A DNA stretch of 64,000 nucleotides, from the NCBI GenBank assembly GCA_030390025.1, contig CM059432.1:114020001-114084000 (forward strand), in the 5' to 3' direction. The stretch's first letter is position 1; each line of letters begins with the position of its first letter. Under the pieces are notes generated by a model. That model made no database searches, had not been told where the DNA came from, and was given only the letters and a program-made list of their open reading frames with translations. The DNA is from Squalus acanthias. Its lineage: Eukaryota. Shown here one piece after another: positions 1 through 13,594 of the stretch. Both the position numbers and the translations under genes were made by a program.

Positions 1-874
1 CTCTCCATCTCTGACGGTCAGGGACGCAGATGTGCCACTGATCTCCATGGCCTCTTCCTCTGATGATATCAGCTGCACTGCGTGTGGTGGCCCACCTCCA
101 GTTCTCTCCCTCTCCCTTGTGTTTTGTGCTCACTTCTCCTGCAACAAGGGAACGACAGACCTACGAGTGTCTTTAAGGCCCGTGTTCACCCGATGGATGC
201 ATAAGGATTGGGATACGTGGCAGTGGTGGATGGATAAATGGGGAGGTGAGGAAGTGCACAGAAAGAGAATTCTTCAAACTTAAGTGGGTGTGAGGAGTGA
301 TGTGATGGAGTGCGCTTGACAAGACAGAGTTGTGGGGGGGTGTGCACTCCAGGATGATTGTGAATCTGCAACTGTACTCACCTTTCCTGACCATTTCCTG
401 CAATGAATCCAGGTACGGGGCACAATACTCCTGCTGCTGACCCCTCAGCCACCTCTAGCCACACCTGCTTCATGCCAGCAGCAGGTTTCTTCTTATGTTG
501 CCGAGGAAGATTATCTTCTTCCTATTCCTCACTGCTCCCAGCCGTGCATCAAGCAAGGCGCATTAAAGCGGGTCGCAGCCGTTGAGCGTCCTGAGTCCAT
601 CTTGTACGATTGCCGTCCCTATGCAAAACCTCCCAACTCTTCCAAGTTCCCTCTTTGAATTGGCCCTTTAAATACTCGAGTTGTGATCGCATCATGCAGG
701 AGCACATCACGCCCGCTGACGCGTGTTGGAGACATGAAACCCGGGAAGTGAAATGATAATTAGGTATTCATGGTGAAATCGGACATTCCAACGCACCAAA
801 ACTTCTACCGGGTTTCACACCCACTATCGCCCTAACCCCCGCTCACAACCCGACTCTGGGTTATTATTGGGCCC
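1..874 (-). mobile_element. PIF/Harbinger element, Myb-side end (continues left of the window)
   Basis: TIR-like end (reverse complement GGGCCCAATAAT) at ~874 and CCTTTAAATA motif at 665-674. Degenerate Myb exon 1 from ATG at 600 (MDSGRSTAATRF) to an AAG|GTGAGT donor near 381; exon 2 begins after TTGCAG|GAGAAG near 139, homologous to the other copies. Confidence 0.75.
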
Positions 875-1229
875 AATTGTTTCTGAGTTCCTGAGACAAA
901 TGAGGGGAAACTGACTGTTAAATATTAAGGTACGAATGCTTAATGAATTTGTATCAAATTCTGTTGTCTGCAACTTTAGAGGATGTGTTATCCCTACATA
1001 TGTGCTAAAATTGCACAGTGCAATATCATCCGAACAGGGTTTAAAGCTGGGGGAGAGGGGTGGGTAGTGTTAGAGAAAGAAGGGCAGGGGTATAATATTT
1101 GTCGAGAAAGAAACAGATCAAGAAAGAAGTACTGAAAGAAACAATGAGAAAGAAAGCTGGGTACCCAAGCAGCACAGTCTTTAGATTGTAATTAGGATGT
1201 TATAGCAGCTGCTGCTAAAGTTAACTTTT

Positions 1230-1698
1230 GTCAGTTGTGGCTCGGTGGGCAGCTCTCCCACCTCTGAGTCAGAAGGTTGTGGGTTCACAATCCTACTCCA
1301 GAGACTTGAGCACAAAAATCTAGGCTGACACTCCAGTGCAGTGCTGAGGGAGTATTGCACTGTCGGAGGTGCCATCTTTCGGATGAGGTGTTAAACCGAG
1401 GCCCTGTCTGCTCTCCCAGTTGGTTGTAAAAGATCCCATGGCACTGTTTTGAAGAAATGCAGGGGATTTATCCCCGGTGTCCTGGCCAATATTTTTCCCT
1501 CAATCAACATCACTAAAAAACAGAGTATCTGGTCATTATCACATTGCTGTTTGTGGGACCTTGCTGTGCGCAAATTGGCAGCCACGTTTCCCACATTACA
1601 ACAGTGACTACACTTCAAAAAGTACTTCATTGGCTGTAAAGCGCGCGGGACGTCCAGTGGTCGTGAAAGGCGCTATAGAAATGCAAGTCTTTCTTTTT
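1230..1698 (+). mobile_element. tRNA-headed Deu-domain SINE (SacSINE1/AmnSINE1-like), near full length
   Basis: tRNA-like head (TGGCTCGGTGG ... GGGTTCACAATCC), central GGAGGTGCCATCTTTCGGATGAG...AAAGATCCCATGGCAC block recalled as the Deu domain, L2-like tail GGCGCTATAGAAATGCAAGTCTTTC; second copy at 40448-40781. Confidence 0.8.
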
Positions 1699-3425
1699 GC
1701 ACTGGCAATTTCAATGGGTTTTTGTGTTGAAAAACAAGATGTACAAGAGGCATAATGTGAATGTTTATACTCCAGTATCTACATTACCCTCTTAGTCAAC
1801 ATGGTGATGGAGAACAGTGTCCCTCCCTGTTTACATCAAGGTGATAACATCTCTTTTCAGTCAATCCCCTTCGGATTTGTTTCCTGATTAAGTTGTAGAA
1901 TTTGAGATCACAGGTCTAACTGCCTGTCTTCTCCCACTCCTCAGCCCCCTTCATTCCCCAAACACAAAATCACTTCCTCACTGTACCCAGGTTTTTTAAT
2001 GCTGTACAGTCACTGCTGACGTCTGAACTTCTTTTTACCAATTCCATAACAGTTGAAACATAAAAATAAATATAAACTCTGGACAGGAAAGACATCCTTT
2101 TGTGGGATACAGAAATTATTCTATGAGTAATCTGGGTTTAAAATGTCATAATTGGGTTTTTTTAACATCATGACTGGACTCGTTCTGTAACCTACGCATG
2201 TGGAATTTTGAAATGCAGGAAAATACTAGCATTCCCACCTACTTGTTTCAATTTTTTTTAAAAAGCTTTTTGTGTGAGTACTTAGTTCCACATAGGCTTT
2301 TTACATTTTTGTTTACGCAGTATGTATGAAAAAAGTGCTTGTTGATTAAGTAATAGGGAAGTGGGTTATTTGTGTTCCGTTTCCTTCCGCAGTGGTTGTA
2401 AAGGGGGTATACAGCAAACTGCTCCTCTTCCCTACCATATTAAGAAAAGCTTAGATGCAAGTAGTCATTTAAAGACAAATAAACGTTGTGTTCAAATAAT
2501 AGTCGGCCCTCTGGTGACAGAAGTTCACTATCTGGTGCAGAAAGAGAGAGAATGAGTGTGGGTTACAATTGAAAAAACAGGTTAGAGGTTAATTTTCTAT
2601 TTATCCATCAGTACTGTCACTCAAACTCTATTGAACATTCTAAGGCAAAATCTTTTACAACAGATCTTTAATTGGTTTCTTAATCTCATGACTGATTCCA
2701 GGATCCTGGTTCTGTCTGTTAATCCTGCCTTTAAATCCTGGCTTTATCACTATTGGCCATTCTGACATTAGTGGATGAGATGATCAATACCTTAATCCAG
2801 AGATTTCTCCTGAAGTACCTTCAGCCATTTTGAAATGCTTTTACTTCTCACAACCACAGCATGTATTTTCCATGTTATTTTACCGGGGTGCCATTCTCCT
2901 ATTTTTATCATGTCCACGTTTTCTGGACTGCAGTCGCAGCATAAGCTGTGGACACTGCAGGGAACAGCAAATTGACAATAGCAGTCTTAATGAGTAAGGC
3001 TTACTGAAGAATCACATTTAATCTTCCTTAATAGCACACAAGACCTGGTGTTTTTCCAGAAGCAATATAATAAATGTGGAATCTCAGCACAACTATAATT
3101 AGAAACAGAAATGCAAGCTCTGCATTTTTCACAGTATTTCTATTTATTTTTAAATCTTTCAGTGAGCTCTTCTCAATGTTTGAAATTCTCATTCATTTCT
3201 TTTTTCTTTGTTTTCATTCATTTACTACATTGTTACAATACGGTTCCACGTTATTGACACCATTCAGTCAATTTGCAAAACAGGACAACTTCAGTATCCA
3301 CAACATTTAGGCTTTGTTTCAGTTCCTATATTGCTCTATCTGTCACCCATTTCAGATCTTTCTCCCCTTCACCCTTTGAAAGATACCCAACATTTTTCTC
3401 AATCATATTACTTTCTCTGGCTTTG

Positions 3426-6400
3426 AATCTGGAATTTAAAAAAAGCTAGTATCAGTAATGGTGACCATGAAACTATCAGATTGTTGTAAAAACCCGTCTG
3501 ATTCACTAATGTCCTTTAGGGAAGGAAATCTGCCATCCTTACCTGGTCTGGCCTATATGTAACTCCAGACCCACAGCAATGTGGTTGACAGCTACGAAAA
3601 ACAATAAGAATAAAACCAGACTGACCACCCGGCATCGACCTCAGCACCGGCTATGGACATGACAACGGCACACCCAGCCCAGTCGACCCTGCAAAATCCA
3701 CCTCACCAACATCTGGGGACTTGTGCCAAAATTGGGAGAGCTGTCCCACAGCCTAGTGAAGCAACAGCCTGACATAGTCATACTCATCCAATGATCCAGA
3801 CTCCTCCATCATCAACTCTGGGCATGTCCTGTCCCATCGGCAGAACAGACCCACCAGGGGTGGCAGCACAGTGGTATACAGTCGGGAGGAAGTGGGCATG
3901 GGAGTCCTCAACATTGACTCCAGACCCCATGAAGTCTCATGGCCTCAGGTCAAGCATGGGCAACGAAAACTCCTGCTGATTACCACCTACCGCCCTCCCT
4001 CAGCTGATGAATCAGTACTCCACCATGTTGAACACCACTTGGAAGATGCACTGAGAGTAGCAAGGGCACAGAATGTACTCTGGGTGGGGGACTTCAATGT
4101 CCATCACCAAGAGTGGCTCGGTAGCACCACTACTGACCGAGCTGGCCGAGCCTTGAAGGACAAAACTGCCAGACTGGGCCTGCGACAGGTGGTGAGAGAA
4201 CCAACACGAGGGAAAAACCTACTTGACATTGTCCTCACCAATCTACCTGTCGCAGAGGCATCTGTCCATGACAGTATTGGTAAAAGTGACCACCACACAC
4301 TCCTTGTGGAAACAAAGTCTCGTCTTCACACTGAGGACACGCTCCATCATTTTGTGTGGCACTACCACCATGCTAAATGAAATAGATTCAGAACAGATCT
4401 AGCAGCTCAAAGCTGGGCATCCATGAGGCGCTGTGGGCCATCAGCAGCAACAGAATTGTACTCTACCACAATCTGTAACCTCATGGCCCGACATATCCCT
4501 CAATCTACCATTACCTTCAAGCCAGAGGACAAATCCTCGTTCAATAAGGAGTGTAGAAGAGCCTTCCAGGAGCAGCACCAGGCGTACCTAAAAATGAGGT
4601 GCCAACCTGGGGAAGCTGCAACACAGGACTACATGCATGCTAAACAGCGGAAGCAGTATGCTATAGACAGGGCTAAGCGATCCCACAATCAACGGATCAG
4701 ATCAAAGCTCTGCAGTCCTGCCACATCCAGTTGTGAATGGTGGTGGACAATTAAACAACTAATGGGAGGAGTCTCCATGAACATCCCCATCCTCAATGAT
4801 GCCGGAGCCCAGCACTCGAGCGCAAGAGACAAGGCTGTAGCGTTGGCAACTATCTTCAGCCAGAAGTGCCGAGTGGATGATCCATATCGGCCTCCTCCTG
4901 AGGTCCCCACCATCACAGAAGCCAGTCTTCAGTCAATTCAATTCACTCCATGTGATATCAAGAAACAGCTGAGTGCACTGGATACAGCAAAGGCTATGGG
5001 CCTCGACAACATGCCAGCTGTCGTGCTGAAGACTTCTGCTCCAGAACTAGCCGCGCCTCTAGCCAAGCTGTTCCAGTACAGCTACAATACTGGCATCTAC
5101 CCAACAATGTGAAAAACTGCCCAGGTATGTCCCGTCCACAAAAAGCAGGATGAATCCAATCTGGCCAATTACCGCCGCATCAGTCTACTCTCAATCATCA
5201 GCAAAGTGATGGAAGGTGTTGTCAACAGTGCTATCAAGCGGCACTTACTCACCAATAACTTGCTCACCGATGCTCAGTTTGGGTTCCACGAGGACCACTC
5301 GGCTCCCGACCTCATTACAGCCTTGGCCCAAACATGAACAAAGAGCTGAATTCCAGAGGTGAGGTGAGAGTGACTGCCCTTGATATCAAGGCAGCATTTG
5401 ACCGAGTGTGGCATCAAGGAGCCCTAGTAAAATTGAAGTAAATGGGAATCGGGGGAAACTCTCCATTGGTTGGAGTCATACCTAGCATAAAGGAAGATGG
5501 TTGTGGTGGTTGAAGGTCAATCATCTCAGCCCCAGGCCATTGCTGCAGGAGTTCCGCAGGGCAGTGTCCTAGGCCCAACCATCTTCAGCTGCTTCATCAA
5601 TGACCTTCCCTCCATCATAAGGTCAGAAGTGGGGATGTTTGCTGATGATTGCACAGTTTTCAGTTCCATTCATAACTCCTCAGATAATGAAGCAGTCCAG
5701 ACCCGCATGCAGCAAGACCTGGACGATATTCAGGCTTGGGCTGATAAGTGGCAAGTAACATTCGTGCCACACAAGTGCCAGGCAATGACTACCTCTAACA
5801 AGAGAGAGTCTAACCACTGCCCCTTGACATTCAATGGCATTACCATTGCCGAATCCCCCACCATCAACATCCTGGGGGTCACCATTGACCAGAAACTTAA
5901 CTGGACCAGCCACATAAATAGTGTGGCCACAAGAGCAGGTCAGAGACTGGGTATTCTGCGGTGAGTTTCTCACCTCCTGATTCCCCAAACAAAGCCTTTC
6001 CACCATCTACAAGGCGCAAGTCAGGAGTGTGATGGAATACTCTCCACTTGCCTGGATGAATGCAGCTCCAACAACACTCAAGAAGCTCAACACCATCCAG
6101 GACAAAGCAGCCCGCTTCTTCAGCACCCCATCCACCACCTTAAACATTCACTCTCTCCACCACCGGCGCACCGTGGCTGCAGTGTGTACCATCTACAAGA
6201 TGCACAGCAGCAACTCGCCAAGGCTTCTTCGACAGCACCTCCCAAACCCGCGACCTCTCCTACCTAGAAGGACAAGGGCAGCAGGCGCATGGGAACACCA
6301 CCACCTCCAAGTTCCCCTCCAAGTCACACATCATCCTAACTTGGAAATATATCGTCATTCCTTCATCATCGCTGGGTCAAAATCCTGGAACTCCCTCCCT

Positions 6401-6549
6401 AACAGCACTGTGGGAGAACCTTCACCACAAGGACTTCAGCGGTTGAAGAAGGCAGCTCACCACCACCTTCTCAAGGCCAATTAGGGATAGGCAATAAATG
6501 CTGGCCTTGCCGGCGACACCCACATCCCATAAACGAATTTAAAAAAAAA
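3426..6549 (+). mobile_element. CR1-group LINE (APE endonuclease + RT), no ORF1 seen, copy 1, pseudogenised
   Basis: ORF fragments with YRPP, VGDFNVHH, LLDIVLT, SDH (APE) and [14 protein letters not shown] (RT); stops and frameshifts; poly-A at 6541-6549; collinear with 35128-38374. Confidence 0.9.
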
Positions 6550-7213
6550 TTATGTACAGGGATTCCCATGTGCTATCGGGTTTTGATATAAACTTTTCCT
6601 CGCTTTCCCCTAATCTACCTTTGTAAATATTTGCTAGCTCCTACTCTCCCAACAAGAGCCACTGAATGCTAGTTGGAAGAGAAGCCTGGTCCTGTTTCTC
6701 TCGTAACATAATATAACATCCCAGGAATGAATAAATAAGAAAAGGTAAAAATCTCAAAGCGTTTCTCCAGCCATGCACTCAGTGTAACTCATTTTGTGTC
6801 CTTTCACTTGATCAGTGAGCATTTCTTTGTTGTAAGTAGGTCAGGCCCATAAGGGAGTCTCATTATAGAACAAGCAAAGACTAGGGGAAGTATTTCTGTA
6901 TTCAGTACTCTCTGATTTGAAAAAGGAAGCTAAAACAGTATCTTCTGTCTGCCAGGAGATAACTTGACTTATATATTTTGAAATAAACTGCACATGCAAG
7001 ATCAGAAGTCCTAATTTGGTTCAACAAGTAGCTAAAAGCATTGATTTAACTGAAAAGAAAAATAGTATCATCCATTATGAATTAGCTAGCTGACAATGAT
7101 GGCTGCACCCATCCAGTGCCACCACAGAATCCTCCATACTATTCCCAGCAGGCAGTGCTGTGCTGGTACATCTAAATCTTGTTCTTCCTTTATATGGCTA
7201 ACCCACACTCTGA

Positions 7214-8568
7214 ATAAGAAGATAAGAGCATAAGAATTAGGAGCAGAAGTAGGCCATATGGCCCCTCGAGCCTGCTCCGCCATTCAATAAGATCATGGCT
7301 GATCATCGACCTCAACTCCACTTTCCTGCACTATCCCCATATCCCTTGATTCCTCTGGAGTCCAAAAATCTATCTATCTCAGCCTTGAATATACTCAAAG
7401 ACTCAGCATTCACAGCTCTTTGGGGCAGAGAATTCCAAAGATTCACAACCCTCTGAGTGAAGAAATTCCTCCTCATCTCGGTCTTAAATGGTCGGCCCCT
7501 TATCCTGAGACTATGACCCCTAGTTCTAGACTCTCCAGCCAGGGAAACAACCTCTCAGCATCTACCCTGTCAATCCCCCTCAGTATGTTGCATGTTTCAA
7601 TGAGATCACCTCTCATTCTTCTAAACTCTGGAGAGTATAGGCCCAATCTACTCAATCTCTCCTGATAGGACAGCCCTCTCATCCCAGGAATCAATCTAGT
7701 GAACCTTTGTTGCATCGCCTCTAAGGCAAGTATATCCTTCCTTAAATAAGGACCAAAACTGTGCACAGTACTCCAGGTGTTGTCTCACCAGAGCCCTGTA
7801 CAATTGTAGCATAACTTCCTTATTCTTGTACTCCAGCCATATAGCAATAAAGGCCAACATGTCATTTGCCTTCCTAATTGCTTGTTGTACCTGTATGCTT
7901 GTTTTCTGTGTTTCTTGCACAAGGACACCTAAATCTCACTGAACACCAACATTTAATAGTTTCTCACCAGTTTTCTATTCTTCCTACCAAAGTGAAAAAT
8001 CTCACATTTCCCCACATTAAACTTCATCTGCCACCTTATTGCCCACTCACTTAACCTGTCTATATCCCTTTGCAGGCTCTTTGCGTCCTCCTCACATCTT
8101 ACTTTTCCACCTAGCTTTGTATCGTCAGCAAACTTGGATAGATTGCACTCGGTCCCTTCATCTAAGTCATTAATATAGATTGTAAATAGCTGAGGCCCAA
8201 GCACTGATCCTAGCGGCACCCCACTAGTTACAGCCTGCCAATCTGAAAATGACCTATTTATCCCTACTCGCTGTTTTCTGTCTGTTTATCCGTGCTAATA
8301 TATTACCCCCCACCCCATGTGCCCTTATTTTGCTGAGCAACCTTTTATGTGGTACCTTATCGAATGCCTTTTGGAAATCCAAATATACTACATCCACTCA
8401 TTCCCCTTATCTACCCTGCTAGTTACATCCCCAAAAAACTCTAATAAATTTGTCAAACACGATTTACCTTTCGTAAATCCATGTTGACTCTACCCAAGCA
8501 TATTATGATTTTCTTAGTATCCTGTTAACACTTCCTTAATAATGGATTCCAGCATTTTCCCAATAACT
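7214..8568 (-). mobile_element. CR1 (HER1-like) LINE, 5'-truncated
   Basis: RT motifs [32 protein letters not shown]; 3' UTR and (TTCTTATG)-like tail at ~7214-7290. Confidence 0.93.
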
Positions 8569-8736
8569 GGGAGTTCAGAGTTCACTTTTCATTAACATTC
8601 CCCACCTCTCCCATGCAACTTTACTCAATTTTCTCAGGATTAATAAGATCTTAACAAGCAATATTTTTCATTAATTTACTCACTTCTATTTTAGACAGTG
8701 AACCAGTCTCAGACTAGCAATAATAACAAACACTTT

Positions 8737-9611
8737 GGGGGTAATTTTGCCGGCGCTCAGGGGGTGGGTTTGGAGGCGGGACATCTGGCAAAATTGCAAA
8801 GATTGACAGCGGGTCGGAAACCCGCTGTCAACCCGCCTCCAATCAATCTTCCCGGGTGTCGGATTCCTGATTTGCGCATGGACCCGACACATAACGGCAG
8901 GAAGAAGATTATAGGCAATTAACTGCTTGTTAACAGGTTGTTAACTGGCAGTTAAGAGGCTTTTTGCAATTTTGACAGTCTACTGCGGGCTTCCTGACAT
9001 CCGAACACCACGCCAGGTAAGTGTGGTGTGCTGTGGGTCTACTGTAATGTTTGTGCATTGATGACAGCTGCAGAAGTGGTGTGAAGGATCCAATGGTACA
9101 CCGGTGAGTTTCAGATAAGAAAATGTTGGGAAAATAATTTTTAATGTATTTAGACTTTTCTGTAGATTACAAGTTTTGAATTGTTTGTGTCGTCCCACCT
9201 CATTGGGAGAACCTCTCTCACCAGTGACAGATCACTTCTGTAACCTCACCTGCAGCTGCCATCTGTTCTAGCCTAAGGAGGGAGTCACTGGAGAGCCTAG
9301 GTGCAAGGGCTCACCCTTGTACAGTGATTGTCAGTGTTTGCAGCACCTCAATGCTGTCAAACACTGAAAAATCAGCTATCAAATAAAAGTGTGTGTGCCC
9401 CCTTTAAGAAAACCGGCAGATGACGCGTCATCAACTGACGTCATCTGACACCAGCTTTCTTTTAATTGGCCGGCAAGCCCACAGGGCGGGCTTAACAAGG
9501 CCAATTGACGCAAAATCCGCGTCTGTGCGTCGGACGTTGTTGGGGGCGGGTTTGGAACCCGGAAGGCAGCTGTCCCGCCCCCAAGCCGTATCAAGAGGAA
9601 AAATCGCGGCC
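8737..9611. mobile_element. Non-autonomous Harbinger derivative (element A), no coding remnants
   Basis: Left end GGGGGTAATTTTGCCGGCGCTCAG matches the reverse complement of the right end of element H (48354); right end reverse complement GGCCGCGATTTTTC; CRE-like TGACGTCA at 9436-9443; flanks TTT and TAT. Confidence 0.75.
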
Positions 9612-9974
9612 TATGGGCTAGAAATTCATTATAGCTCAGGAATGGGCGGTAAAATTAGAAAAGTTGGAGAATTAGCGCCAGGCACTAATGCTTTAGGCTG
9701 CACGCAAAATTCATGCTCACTGCTCAAAGAAATGATCGGAAAACTAATTCAGGTCTTTAAGCCCAAGCTCATTGGCGTTACACTCAAAGGCTGGACCAAT
9801 ATCAGGTGCAGTCTAATCGCAAGTCATGATTGTCAGAGGCTTTTTCCAGTTCTTAAAGGGGAGGTTCATTGATACTGCAGAAACCTCATTCTCAGCATTG
9901 CTGGCTGTGCAGCTTCCTCAGCAAGCAGCAGCAGGTCAAGGAGAAGGAGCCGGAGGACGGAAGCAGCTCTACTC

Positions 9975-11546
9975 ATGGCAGATCCACGCACCAGGGAGAG
10001 AGCCCAGAGGTTCTCCGGTGAAGCATTGGAGGCATTGGTTTTCGCTATAGAGAGACGGAGGGTGGTGCTCTACCTGACAAGTGGCAGGAGGCCCTCGCCA
10101 CAAGTATTCTGCACAATGTAGAGGAGGTAGCGCAGCACATCTTGGGCAGCACTGTGGTCCCCAGGACGTACACACAGTGCAGGAAGAAATTTAACAACCT
10201 CACTCAGGTGGTCAGGGTGAATGCTTCAACAAAATGCTACATATCACCATCTGAACCACAATCTTCACACACTGCTCAAAGCACCACACCCCAGCACTCA
10301 CCCACCAACAATCTCTACCTCAAACACTCACATTCACATCTCACACCTTGCACACAATGACAGCTATTCAACTATGGCAGGCACATCACCCAAACACATT
10401 GCTCCACACTCACTCACACACTTTCCTTTCTCTTGCAGGCCAAGGTGGCTCACAACAGGAGGGAGCAGGAGCGCACAGGCGGGGGACACGCCAACACCCA
10501 ACCACAGTCTGCGCTGGAAAATAGAGTGCAGCAGATTATTGGGCACCAGGTGGTAGGCGCCGTGGCCACCGGCGATGTTGACCCCCTTGGGGACAACAAC
10601 GGTATGTTCATCACTACTCCTTCTTCTCACATCTCACTTTCCCCTCACCCCACAAGCATCTCTAACTTTCCAGCTAATCATGCTGCATGCATGCATTTCT
10701 CCCTTCCTGCCCCCCTCCCCTCACCATAACCACTCTTGTGCCTTTATGCTTTCAGATAATGAGCAAGCACCTGAGCAGCCTGTCCCTGATGGCACCGTAG
10801 AGAGCGAGGTGGGAGAAGAGGAGGAGGAAGAACACACCGCGTCACTGCATCTCTCACCCACAGGCACCAGCTCAGATACTGGCACTACGCATTCTTTAGA
10901 GGCTAGTATAGTAGCGGGATCTGCACAGGGTGAGGCACCGGGGATGAGGGGGCTGCAGCAAGGCCAGGGGGAAAGGGTAGCTCGGGGGCCAGCGCCCCGG
11001 AGGGTGAGTTCGCACGCGAGTTCTGCTGCACAGGACTCAGATGAGGACCTCGATGGGGAGGCGCTTAGAAGAAGGGTGATGGGCATGCACACGGAGATGA
11101 TAGGTGCAATGGCATGGCTGCCCGAGAGCTGCTCGGCAATGATAAGGAGCGTGGAGGAGTCCACCTGCAACATTGCACAGAGCTCTGCGCACACCATGGA
11201 GCCCATCATTTCCAGTCTGCAAAGGATGGTCGACTCCCAGAGAGATCATGGTGACCCTGACCTGATGCCACATGTGATGGGTGATCTGGCCGCTTCCATT
11301 GCAGCACAGGCGGAAGCAACGCAATGTCTTAGTGCAGTAATGCAGTCTATGCTTGGTGGCATCCAATCTCAGACTGCTCTCATTCAGTCTCAGCTTGATG
11401 CCACACAGGCTCTGACTGCTGCCATCGTGGCTGGGTCTACCAGCGTCGACCGGGTCTTTAACAGTGTCACAGAAGGCCAGCAATCTGTGCTCCAACAGAT
11501 TCCACTCAGCAGCCTTCCACCAGCCCTGCTGCAGCAACTGGGCTAA
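9975..11546 (+). pseudogene. Harbinger Myb/SANT-like gene, 3 exons (9975-10216, 10439-10601, 10756-11546)
   Basis: RAQRFS...RTYTQCRKKFNNL helix motif; GT-AG junctions GTCAGG|GTGAAT, TTGCAG|GCCAAG, AACG|GTATGT, TTTCAG|ATAAT; exon 3 open; exon 1 disrupted. Confidence 0.8.
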
Positions 11547-11785
11547 CACTTCGTAGGAGCACTAGAGTAGGCAAAGGCACAGTAACAAGAGGAACTAAGA
11601 GATTGCACAAGGATGAATCGTTAATATTGTTGTTTTAAATATGTGTTCACTGATTATTGATAAATTTATTAATTCAGTTTGGATTCTTTTGTGGTGTGTC
11701 TCATTTCAGCTTTGCACTGTGAAATGGCCTGCGATAGGGATGGAATGATGAGGATGTGGTGAGCAACTGGGATCTGGGGTTTAAT

Positions 11786-12918
11786 TCATTCGAACCACAG
11801 TCTGATGAGGTGCTCACGGACCGAACTTACGGGAGGCCAATTGAGTGGCTGCCTCCTTCCTCGCTCCTGTTCCTCCTCCTCCTCGTCCTCCGCCTCTCCC
11901 TCCTGAGGTGGTCCCGCAACCCCTGGTGGCAAGGGCTGGGCCCTCATGGTGGCCAAGTTGTGGAGCATGCAGCAGACCACCTCAAAATGGGACACCCGCT
12001 CAACCGAACACTGGAGGGTTCCTCCCGAGCCGTCAAGGCAGCAGAACTGTTGCTTCAGCAGGCCAATGGTCTGCTCGATGATGTTCCTGGTGGCAGCATG
12101 GCTCTCATTATATGAGTGCTGGGCAGGAGTGTTGGGGGTTACAGAGGGGAGTCATGAGCCAGGTGGAGAGTGGATAGCCCTTGTCTCCAAGCAGCCAGCC
12201 GCGAGCTTAATGTGGTGGCTGGAAGAATGCTGGCATACCGGTCTGGCGCAGGATAAAGGCATCGTGGCTGCCACCAGGATAGCAGACATTGACATTGAGG
12301 ATTCGCTGTCTGTGGTCGCACACCAACTGCACATTAAGTGAATGGTAGCCTTTGCGGTAACGGAAGATCTCAGGATTGTTATGCGGTGCCCGCAAAGCCA
12401 CATGGGTGCAGTCAATGGCTCCCTGCAACATGGGGAATCCCGCTATCATGGCAAAGCCACATGCGCACTCATCCTGCTTCTTTCTGGTGATGGGGAAGGA
12501 AATGTAATCCCTTCTCCTACTGTAGAGAGCCTCTGTGACCTCCCGGATGCAGCAATGATGGCGAACTGCGAGATGTTAGCTATGTCTCCTGCTGATGAAG
12601 AAATTGAGGACGATGGTGACCTTGACTGCCACTGAGAGAACCGTGGTCGCCCTGATATGAGGCTGGAGGTCTGGTTGCAGGAGGTGGCAGATTTTGTGAC
12701 CACCTCCTTGCTGAAGTGGAGCCTTCTTATACACTGCTCCTCTCTTAATTGGAGGTAGGAGAAGTGCTCTCGGAATACCCTTGGAGGGTAAGGCCTCCTG
12801 TTGAGAGCCCTGATGGCCCTCCTCCTCCCTCTAGGCATATGTTCCAGTCTTTCTCACTGCCTCTGTTTTCTTCGCCATAGATCCCGGAGGGCGAGGTCGA
12901 CTGCCAGTACAGCCCCAT
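11786..12918 (-). pseudogene. Harbinger DDE transposase (element B)
   Basis: RRPYPPRVFRE, LQGAIDCTHVAL, RKGYHSLNVQLVCD, GSHDAFIL, CCMLHNL, acidic tail; several frameshifts. Confidence 0.92.
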
Positions 12919-13310
12919 TAATGTAACCAAGTGTAGTAGTTTGAATTTTTTAAGAATAAATGTAGTTACTTTTTAGTTGCCACAACACTCTTGATACTAA
13001 ATAACATTGAAATTATGGAATGAGACTGTTGCACTATGTGAAACTGACAAGAAAGCACTGAAACTCCACTAACCTACAGCTGCGACTCATTACTGATGAT
13101 CCCTCTAAATAACATCCCTGGAGCCGGTTTCCTGCTGCTTCACGCCAGCTCTCCCTGTTGCTGTTTACTCCAGGCGCTAAGCTAGGTGGCGACAATTAAT
13201 TTCGCAGATCGGGCAGCCAGTGAGCGTTGCATACTCACTGACGTCATGAACCACCTGGCATTGAGGCTCCCAGCGATAACTCAATGCAGGGAACTCAGTC
13301 ATCTCCTTAC

Positions 13311-13423
13311 GCAATTCTTGTATTTTCTTCTCATTTAACACTTCCCTCTGCTTGGCACCTTGCAGCTCATCTGTCACATGTAACTGAGTCCGGAGCCTTA
13401 AAATCACGGGGACCTCTTTAACG
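13311..13423 (-). other. Candidate orphan coding exon (coiled-coil-like peptide)
   Basis: Acceptor CTGTTCACTCATTCCAG| and donor TTGC|GTAAGG bracket open VKEVPVILRLRTQLHVTDELQGAKQREVLNEKKIQEL; protein not recognised. Confidence 0.25.
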
Positions 13424-13594
13424 CTGGAATGAGTGAACAGCCAGAAGTCAAAACTACCCCCTTGTGTGCAAAGTAATCTGGGATAACATGCACACGATAG
13501 ACCCATTTATTGTCTCTGGACACACCCATATAATTTCAGAGGACAGTTAATATCAGTCATGTCAGACACCTTTTTAACTGAGTAAACGCAAACT

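Larger units (their letters stand above)
9615..13250. mobile_element. PIF/Harbinger element B (Myb on +, transposase on -); right TIR missing
   Basis: Left TIR GGGCTAGAAATTC at 9615; convergent gene pair; subterminal similarity to 30691-30740 stops at ~13250. Confidence 0.88.

Noticed and set aside
1230..1300. tRNA gene (also 35128-35175)
   Set aside because: Only decayed A/B-box-like heads of retroelements; no complete cloverleaf seen.
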